From contig NZ_LT906458.1 of the NCBI RefSeq assembly GCF_900187275.1, positions 60,001 to 92,000 on the forward strand: 32,000 nucleotides of DNA, read 5' to 3'. Of the stretch, positions 9,931-16,251 are shown in pieces. This stretch comes from Pasteurella multocida. GTDB lineage: Bacteria > Pseudomonadota > Gammaproteobacteria > Enterobacterales > Pasteurellaceae. Made by a program: the position numbers and the translations under genes. The notes beneath the pieces were generated by a model. It made no database searches and had not been told where the DNA came from. It saw nothing but the letters and a program-made list of their open reading frames with translations. Within the stretch, counting starts at the first letter, position 1, and each line of letters begins with the position of its first letter.

Positions 9931-11169
9931 TTAATTTTTAAAGTTATATTTATTGTAAGCAATCTTCAGTCTTTTGATAACATTTGTCTTGGAACTTGTT
10001 TTTCCTGTGGAAGCATCTTTGAAATTTTGGTCTTCTTTTAATTCTTCAATAAATCTTCTATTTATTTGAATTAGATTAATATTCTTTTCGTCCCAAGCTT
10101 TTCTACAACAACCAAAAAACACGGATTCCAAAAATGTAATGCTGAGTTTAGGGTTTTCTGTGGAAAAACTTATTAGTGGACCAGTGATTTCAGAACATTT
10201 ACATTCAATCATGAATTTATCCCAGATTTCTTTCAGTAAGGAAATTTCTTCATCTTTTAAGTTTTTAGCTGAGTTAGCTATATTATTTAGAAACCCTATC
10301 ATTGAGTTTTGATATTCTATTTTTTCATTTTTATTCTTATCTAGAGCGCTATTATATCCTGCTAGTAGCATTCCAAATAGTCTTAAAATTAACTCTATAT
10401 CTTTTAATCTCAAATCCTCTTGGGATTTTGATAGTAGATTTTCTCTCCAGATAGTATTCTTATTCATTTCAATTAATTCTTTTAAAAACTTTGAATGGTA
10501 TAGTGACATTCTTATTTCTTGATTATTTAAATTAACCCCGCCACTATTTAATCTATTGAAAATTTCGAACATAGATTGTACGTTATCCTCACTATCAGTA
10601 GATGGTTTTATAATCATATTTCTGATTGTGGCCAAGTCTAATGTTGTTTTATCTTCAAATTCTAAAGTTTCATAATTTTTATCATGAAATCTATTTTTCT
10701 GAGGATTGTTTTTAGAGTCTAGTTTTAAAGAAAAATTGCTAAATAATTTATTGTTAGATAATAAACTCTTGCTTATAAATTCTCCCGTTTTGGCGCTTTC
10801 TCTTATTTTTAATCTAGCATCAGTTTTAGGAAATTTCCCTTTTACGAAAAAATATAAAGACATAAGTCTTTGTTGGCCATCTATAACAAAAAATTCATTT
10901 CTAGATTTTTCATATAAAAACATCTGTGGAATTGGTAGACCTATAAGAAGTGATTCAATTAACTTTGATGCTTTATTTATATCCCATACATAATTTCTCT
11001 GAAAATCAGGTATCTTAAATACACCAGCATCTAAAAATGATATAATCGTGGATATATTGAAGTCGTTTGGAGTTGTAGTTAATTTAAAAGTCTCAGATGG
11101 GTATAAACTAATTTCATCATCGCAATCATCACTTACTAGGTTTATTTCTTGAATATCTGTATTAGCCAT
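9931..11169 (-). CDS. DUF262 (ParB-like / GmrSD N-terminal type NTPase) domain protein, 412 aa, with an unassigned C-terminal half
   Basis: DUF262 hallmarks are IPDFQRNYVW (aa 53-62, nt 10984-11013), IDGQQR (aa 96-101; DGQQR = nt 10867-10881) and FEIFNRLNSGGVNLNNQE (aa 201-218). I recognise no DUF1524/HNH-type His motif in the C-terminal ~180 aa. Confidence 0.8.
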   Translation of the reverse strand: MANTDIQEINLVSDDCDDEISLYPSETFKLTTTPNDFNISTIISFLDAGVFKIPDFQRNYVWDINKASKLIESLLIGLPIPQMFLYEKSRNEFFVIDGQQRLMSLYFFVKGKFPKTDARLKIRESAKTGEFISKSLLSNNKLFSNFSLKLDSKNNPQKNRFHDKNYETLEFEDKTTLDLATIRNMIIKPSTDSEDNVQSMFEIFNRLNSGGVNLNNQEIRMSLYHSKFLKELIEMNKNTIWRENLLSKSQEDLRLKDIELILRLFGMLLAGYNSALDKNKNEKIEYQNSMIGFLNNIANSAKNLKDEEISLLKEIWDKFMIECKCSEITGPLISFSTENPKLSITFLESVFFGCCRKAWDEKNINLIQINRRFIEELKEDQNFKDASTGKTSSKTNVIKRLKIAYNKYNFKN

Positions 11170-11289
11170 AAATGTCTCTTAATTGTAGTTATTAAAATTA
11201 AATAGAATCTTATCACATTAAAGCAATTTGTTTATTGGTAAAGTCAAATAATGTGAGTTTGATCAAAATATTATCTCTTGTGATGCCTC

Positions 11290-11872
11290 CCTACTATGTT
11301 GTCCCTACGAATGCTTTTTCATATCTTACTCAGTTAAATCCCCTTCTCAGACAGTCTTGTTTTTAAAAAATCTATCACACTTTTATCATTAAAAAGAGTA
11401 GATATTTAGTGATAATTTACGCAATAAAAAAGTTTTGTTATTTATCGATATAGACAATAATTCACTGCTAACTTCAATGTACATTGAGATGTAATATAGT
11501 CAGTTTTGGTGAGATACAGTTTAGTTAAGATGGGAGGAGGCAGAGCTCCACAGTGTGAGCGTGTATGCTGGGGAGGAGCTCATCCATGGCATTCAGAAAA
11601 TTAGTGTGAAGATTAAGCTTGGATATGCATTTATATAACTACAAGCGTTTATTAACTTTTGAAGTTATATGCTTATTTATGAATAAATTTCGTATTTATC
11701 ACTTTGTGTTATTTTGGGACTTTATAGCCAAATACCCATTACACAAAATAATTTAACTAATACAAGCAATCATATTGAACTTGACACGATACATGTTGAT
11801 GCACTTGCTAAGAACAGACAGGGTACTCCTTCTATGATGCTAGTTTTTTCACAATTATCTTTTCATCTCTAG
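11290..11872 (+). repeat. Copy B of the receptor-gene upstream module (degenerate hairpin 3' arm + promoter/dyad + leader + first ~55 codons)
   Basis: Aligned blocks against copy C: CTACGAATGCTTTTTCAT (11305-) vs CTCATGAGTGCTTTTTCAT (13300-); GTGATAATTTACGCA vs ATGATAATTTACGCA; TATCGATATAGACAATAATT vs GATCGATATATAGACAATAATT. The coding part aligns without gaps apart from a 1-nt deletion. Confidence 0.75.
11679..11872 (+). pseudogene. Frameshifted, truncated 5' fragment of a ZnuD-like TonB-dependent receptor paralogue
   Basis: ATG 11679 followed by AATAAATTTCG has one A fewer than ATGAGAAAAATTTCG at 13713. The frame homologous to the receptor (..LCVILGLYSQIPITQNNLTNTSNHIELDTIHVDAL..) therefore lacks a start, and the ATG frame stops after 25 codons. 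Homology fades by about 11850. Confidence 0.75.
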
Positions 11873-11970
11873 TCTAGTTAATGTACTCGTCAAAAATGAG
11901 TCTTCTTCTCTGAATACTCTTCACAAACCACAACATTAGTCCCCTATATCAATAAAGTATTCCAGACATA

Positions 11971-12060
11971 ACCGTTTTTTTAATCAATACTACCGTATAA
12001 TAAACAAGCTATTTTCACTGTAATTAGGATTATTTTTATGAGAAAACGTCAGTACTTCAA
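11971..12060 (+). repeat. Possible fourth short fragment (B') of the leader 3' end and start codon
   Basis: CCGTTTTTTTAATCAATAC vs GCGTATTTTTAGTAATAC (13659-), and TTTTTATGAGAAAAC..GTACTT vs TTTTTATGAGAAAAA..GTACTT (13708-). The middle part is not alignable. Confidence 0.4.
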
Positions 12061-12161
12061 ATCGCTAGGCGTTGTTCTTTGGAGGAATTCTTGTGATCCC
12101 ATGACTGATTATGTTGATGTACATTTGTAAGGAAAGTATGCTAGAAATTTCTGTAAATTTG

Positions 12162-12170
12162 ACCGCACTT
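12162..12170 (-). repeat. Uptake signal sequence core (ACCGCACTT)
   Basis: Perfect 9-mer with an AT-rich flank, 17 nt upstream of the orphan ORF's start. Confidence 0.8.
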
Positions 12171-12186
12171 TTTGACGGAGAACAAA

Positions 12187-13212
12187 ATGACGTTAATTGA
12201 AAAGCTAAAAAAGATTGAAGACTATGTTTTACAACATTGCCAATATCGTTTTTATTTCGCCAAATCACTATTTGGTATGGCGTTAAGGGCACAATATTAT
12301 TATTACCCTGAAGATATTTCAGAAGCGACGAAAAATTTGGCTAATCATTTTTTAACGCAAGCAGGCTATGAAGATTTTTATACGCCGCTTGAAGCGCTGA
12401 TGAGCAAAGCGAATATCACGCCACCTAGTCCTGCGGAGATGATTGAGGGAGGAAATTGGCGATTTTTTGCGATTAAATTCAATTTTTTTTCTCCGCTAAA
12501 TCCAGCATTGAAAAAATACTATAATACAGAATATGTCACTTTTATTTGCATACCTTGCCAAGATCATGAAGGTCAGGATAGTATGGAATTGCTTTATACC
12601 TCACCGACAACGGGCAATCTGTTTAAAGAAATGGGCAATAGCCAATTACTTGATCCAAACTGTGAAGTTGATCAAGCTTATCTTCAATTACTTGAAGAAG
12701 CTGTCGATTTTATGTGCGAAAAATTAGATATTGATGCACCAGAACCAACTGACATTACAGAAGCGTTGCATGACTTCACTACTTTATTAAATATTCATGA
12801 TAAAGAGGAATTTATAAAACGTTATCAACAAATTCAAGAGGCGCCTGAAAAATGCTTACTGGATTTAGTAGAACAAGGCTATGCAGAGGAAGACGATAAA
12901 CCTGAATTGGCATTTTTGAGTTATCGTTTTTTATTGCAACCAATGTTAGATTCATTTGATACGGATTGGGGCATTGATAATGAAGAATTAAGCGAATATT
13001 TATCAAACATCATTGGCAAGAAATTCAAATTGCCCCAAAAAGCCCTCGAACCTTATGAAATTGTCGAACGCTTAGAGAAAAAGAGCGACTATACTTTGTT
13101 AAATATTGAAACAGAACAAGATTCATACAGTTTATTTGTCTGTAAACAAAAAGATAAAAAACGTATTTTACAGCTAGCAAGAATGTTAGATTTTGCTATT
13201 GTTCCTTTTTAA
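12187..13212 (+). CDS. Hypothetical acidic cytoplasmic protein (341 aa from ATG 12187), no family recognised
   Basis: A long ORF with GGAG 6 nt upstream of ATG 12187, which I prefer to the track's TTG 12172. It has no TM segment or signal peptide and is rich in D/E. USS cores lie at 12162 and 13274, and a terminator hairpin at 13289. Confidence 0.65.
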   Translation: MTLIEKLKKIEDYVLQHCQYRFYFAKSLFGMALRAQYYYYPEDISEATKNLANHFLTQAGYEDFYTPLEALMSKANITPPSPAEMIEGGNWRFFAIKFNFFSPLNPALKKYYNTEYVTFICIPCQDHEGQDSMELLYTSPTTGNLFKEMGNSQLLDPNCEVDQAYLQLLEEAVDFMCEKLDIDAPEPTDITEALHDFTTLLNIHDKEEFIKRYQQIQEAPEKCLLDLVEQGYAEEDDKPELAFLSYRFLLQPMLDSFDTDWGIDNEELSEYLSNIIGKKFKLPQKALEPYEIVERLEKKSDYTLLNIETEQDSYSLFVCKQKDKKRILQLARMLDFAIVPF

Positions 13213-13273
13213 ATAGAAAGAGAGTGATAAACGTCATCTTATTTTTCATATGTTAAAAAGTTGGCTCAAAATG

Positions 13274-13282
13274 ACCGCACTT
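13274..13282 (-). repeat. Uptake signal sequence core (ACCGCACTT)
   Basis: Perfect 9-mer between the orphan ORF's stop and hairpin C. Confidence 0.8.
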
Positions 13283-13288
13283 ACGCTG

Positions 13289-13315
13289 GCACTCGTGTTC
13301 TCATGAGTGCTTTTT
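13289..13315 (+). terminator. Terminator hairpin, copy C of the repeated GCRCTCGTG hairpin
   Basis: GCACTCGTG (13289-13297), loop TTCT, CATGAGTGC (13302-13310, one G-U pair), then TTTTT. Confidence 0.75.
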
Positions 13316-13458
13316 CATTTTCTCAAGTTAAAGCACCTGTCCCAGATGAGCACTGTCTTTAGGCTGCAGATGAGCGCTGCCGTTAAAAACCTATCAGCCT
13401 TTCTATCGTTAAAAAAAGAGTAAATATCATCATGATAATTTACGCAGTAAAAAAAGAC

Positions 13459-13487
13459 TTGTCATTGATCGATATATAGACAATAAT
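13459..13487 (+). promoter_or_regulatory. Putative sigma70 promoter of the receptor gene, overlapping a conserved dyad
   Basis: TTGTCA (13459-13464), a 17-bp spacer and AATAAT (13482-13487). The spacer contains the TTGTC-N15-GACAA inverted repeat with a central ATCGAT. The same layout occurs in copy A (TTGTCA 9092-9097 / GAGAAT 9115-9120). In copy B the spacer is only 15 bp. Confidence 0.4.
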
Positions 13488-13712
13488 TTAGCGCTAATTT
13501 AAATGTACCGCATAGCTTAACCGAGTCAGCTTTAGGTATCGCGCACGATCCTATTACAACGGACAAGTCGTTATTAGGATGCCACACCTAGCGCGTGTAT
13601 TCCGTACAGTCAGTTACTTATAGCATCTTGCAGACTGACGCAAAGACAGGGCTTGAATGCGTATTTTTAGTAATACATGCCTTTATTAACTTTAAAAATT
13701 AATATGTTTTTT

Positions 13713-16106
13713 ATGAGAAAAATTTCGTACTTATCATTGTGTGTTATTTCGGCACTTTATAACCAACTGGCAGTTGCTCAAAGCCCACTAAAAAATACAA
13801 CTGAGCATATTGAACTTGAACCGATCTTTGTAAATACGCTGATTGAGAGCAGAGAAGGTGCGCCACTTAGCGGGCGTTTAATGGCAAGTGAAAAAATTAT
13901 TCCAGCGTATAGCCTTAAACAACGCGGGAGTAATCTTGGTGATGCGTTATCGAGTGAGCTGGGTATTCATGCTAGTCAATTTGGTGGTGGGGCGTCTGCG
14001 CCAGTGATCCGTGGACAAGAAGGTAAGCGGATTAAAGTGCTGAGCAGTGGTAATGAAACCTTGGATATGTCTGCTATGTCGCCTGATCATGCTGTGGCAG
14101 TGGATAGTCTATTAGCTAAAAAAGTTGAAATTTTACGTGGTGCAAATACCTTGTTGTATAGTTCAGGCAATGCGGCAGGTGTAGTCAATGTGGTTGATAA
14201 TAAAATTCCTACCGCCGAGGTTGTCGGAGTTGAGGGCGAAGTCGGCTTAAGAACGGGCAGTGCGGACAATGAACGTCTGGTGAATGTGGCATTAGATGTG
14301 GGATTATCAAAACATTTTGCGTTACACCTTGAAGGTTTGCACAAAAAAGCCGGTGATTATCGCACACCTTCTTATCAGTATCAGGGGAGCACGCATCATA
14401 AATTGGCAAATAGCTTTGTGGATAATCGAAGTGGCAGTGTTGGACTTTCTTGGGTGGGTGATAAAGGTTATTTAGGTGTTGCGTATAGCCAACGTAAAGA
14501 CAAATATGGGTTACCTGCGCATTCACATCTCTACGATGAATATTATATGCATGTTTTATTATCCGATGTACATTGGCGTAAGCCCTATCTAAAACATTAT
14601 CCATTTTTAATGGAAGAAACTGACATTGATTATAATAATCCCGGTATTGATTGTATAAAAAAAGAGTGGCATAGCCATGGGCATCTGTGTAATCACGGTC
14701 ATGCTCATCACGGAAATGGGCAACATAGTCACGATCATCACGCGCATGCCGATCCGCATATTGCGTTAAATACGCAACGTTGGGATTTGCGTGGCGAATG
14801 GAAAAATCCAGTAAAAGGCTTAGATAAAGTCCGTTTTTCGATTGCCAAAGTTGGTTATCGCCACGATGAAAAATCAGGGGCGATCTCAGACAATTCATTT
14901 AAAAATAAAGGCTATTCAGCACGTGTTGAATTCCTCCATCAGCCGATTGCGGGCGTCAGTGGGTTAATTGGTTTAAGTCATGTATATCAAGATAGCTATG
15001 CGTTAGATAATCATACACTTGAATATCGTAAACAAAATCTCCTTTCTGATCATACTACGGCTCAGCAAAGCCTCTTTTTAATGGAGCATGTTGAATTAGG
15101 TAAATGGCAATTTGATATTGGTTGGCGTGTGGAAAAACAACGCATTGCGATGAAATATCATTTTAATGTGCCAAAAGATGAGCGGCCACCGGAAGAACTG
15201 ACTCGACCACATAAATCGAAAGCCTATTCTTATGCTTTATCGGCAAATTATCAATTAAATGAACGACATCAGTTTAATATGATTGTTTCGCATCAAGAAC
15301 GTTTGCCAAATGCGCAAGAGCTATATGCGCATGGAAAACATTTAGCCACCAATTCTTTTGAAGCGGGAAATAAAAATCTGACAAAAGAACGCTCGAATAA
15401 TGTCGAATTAGGTTGGGGGTATACAGGGGAAAAATTAGGGATCAAATTAAGTGGCTACTATCAACAGTTTTCTAACTATATTTATGCCGCCATTTTAAAT
15501 AACAAAACAAGCTGTCCGTGGCGACCTAATTCCCGTTGTTTACGTTCATTAAGCGATGATTATCCATTACGCTTATATCGCTACAATCAAGCGAAAGCAA
15601 AGATTTATGGGCTGGAAGCTGAAGTGAGCTATCAAATTTCCTCAACACACAGTGTGTCCGTTTTTGGTGATTACGTGCGGGGTAAGTTAAAAGACCTTCC
15701 GTCTCTCCCGATTGGATATAAATATATCTATAACGAAAATTATGACATGGTTGGTGTACAACCAACGGGCTGGGAAAAACAACCTGATGGTAATGCACCT
15801 CGTATGTCACCAATGCGTTTAGGCATAAAATGGAATGCGTATTTTGACAACGGCATAAGTTTCAATACGCAGCTTTATCGAGTCTTTGCACAAAACAAAG
15901 TGGCACGACTAGAAACACCAACGAAGGGGCATACCATGTTGAATCTTGGCATGAGTTATGATGGTAAGATGGGCAATAATGAGTATACCTTATTTGCCAA
16001 TGTGAATAATGTGCTAAATAGTAGAGTCTATAATCATACTTCGTTCTTATCCTATATTCCGCAAAGTGGTCTAGGTCTTAATGTGGGAATGAATTTTAAA
16101 TTCTAA
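13713..16106 (+). CDS. znuD: TonB-dependent outer-membrane receptor, ZnuD-like, with a His-rich surface loop
   Basis: A signal peptide (..LAVAQ), a TonB-box-like ELEPIFV, a plug (GGGASAPVIRGQ) and a C-terminal ..NFKF. Blocks GLPAHSH.YD, HQERLPNAQELYAHGKH.ATN.FE.GNK.L.KERSNN.EL and YRVFAQNK.AR.ET match my recollection of Neisseria ZnuD. There are 13 His in 30 residues at nt 14670-14759. ATG 13704 is an alternative start. Confidence 0.8.
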   Translation: MRKISYLSLCVISALYNQLAVAQSPLKNTTEHIELEPIFVNTLIESREGAPLSGRLMASEKIIPAYSLKQRGSNLGDALSSELGIHASQFGGGASAPVIRGQEGKRIKVLSSGNETLDMSAMSPDHAVAVDSLLAKKVEILRGANTLLYSSGNAAGVVNVVDNKIPTAEVVGVEGEVGLRTGSADNERLVNVALDVGLSKHFALHLEGLHKKAGDYRTPSYQYQGSTHHKLANSFVDNRSGSVGLSWVGDKGYLGVAYSQRKDKYGLPAHSHLYDEYYMHVLLSDVHWRKPYLKHYPFLMEETDIDYNNPGIDCIKKEWHSHGHLCNHGHAHHGNGQHSHDHHAHADPHIALNTQRWDLRGEWKNPVKGLDKVRFSIAKVGYRHDEKSGAISDNSFKNKGYSARVEFLHQPIAGVSGLIGLSHVYQDSYALDNHTLEYRKQNLLSDHTTAQQSLFLMEHVELGKWQFDIGWRVEKQRIAMKYHFNVPKDERPPEELTRPHKSKAYSYALSANYQLNERHQFNMIVSHQERLPNAQELYAHGKHLATNSFEAGNKNLTKERSNNVELGWGYTGEKLGIKLSGYYQQFSNYIYAAILNNKTSCPWRPNSRCLRSLSDDYPLRLYRYNQAKAKIYGLEAEVSYQISSTHSVSVFGDYVRGKLKDLPSLPIGYKYIYNENYDMVGVQPTGWEKQPDGNAPRMSPMRLGIKWNAYFDNGISFNTQLYRVFAQNKVARLETPTKGHTMLNLGMSYDGKMGNNEYTLFANVNNVLNSRVYNHTSFLSYIPQSGLGLNVGMNFKF

Positions 16107-16181
16107 GGATGAATACGTAAATAAATCGTCTTACTGTAGAGATGTCAAAAACATCGTTTAATTTTAACTAATCTTTCCATG

Positions 16182-16209
16182 GCGCTCGTGTTCCCACGAG
16201 CGCTTTTTT
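16182..16209 (+). terminator. Receptor-gene terminator, copy D of the repeated hairpin
   Basis: GCGCTCGTG (16182-16190), loop TTCC, CACGAGCGC (16195-16203), then TTTTTT. Relative to copies A and C both arms changed together (A->G, T->C). A tail motif CAGGCGAGCGCT lies at 16230-16241. Confidence 0.8.
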
Positions 16210-16251
16210 CAGCATTTAAGCGCTGGTCACAGGCGAGCGCTTTCTCATTTT

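Larger units (their letters stand above)
13289..13712 (+). repeat. Copy C (intact) of the upstream module: hairpin, tandem CAGATGAGCRCT motifs, promoter/dyad, ~200-nt leader
   Basis: This is the reference copy for the alignments to A, B and B'. The 12-mers CAGATGAGCACT (13343-13354) and CAGATGAGCGCT (13367-13378) are direct repeats 24 nt apart. Confidence 0.7.

Noticed and set aside
10706-10993. 95-aa plus-strand ORF antisense to the DUF262 gene
   Set aside because: It is embedded opposite the conserved DUF262 motif region, and the AT-rich sequence makes such an open frame unsurprising.
13633-13640. Octamer GACTGACG shared by the receptor leader and the ABC operon leader (complement at 18811-18818)
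   Set aside because: A single shared 8-mer between two leaders of about 150-200 nt is roughly a coin-flip by chance. No extended similarity surrounds it.
13495-13712. Cobalamin or Moco riboswitch in the receptor leader (and in the ABC operon leader 18753-18868)
   Set aside because: I could not find the B12 box, the conserved GGGAA/GCCACTG elements, or the Moco-motif conserved stretches as I remember them. This needs an Infernal scan to be certain.
14087-14898. Antisense ORFs (85 and 229 aa) inside the receptor gene
   Set aside because: They lie opposite a clearly homologous TonB-dependent receptor frame. The 229-aa ORF owes its length to the complement of the His-codon run.
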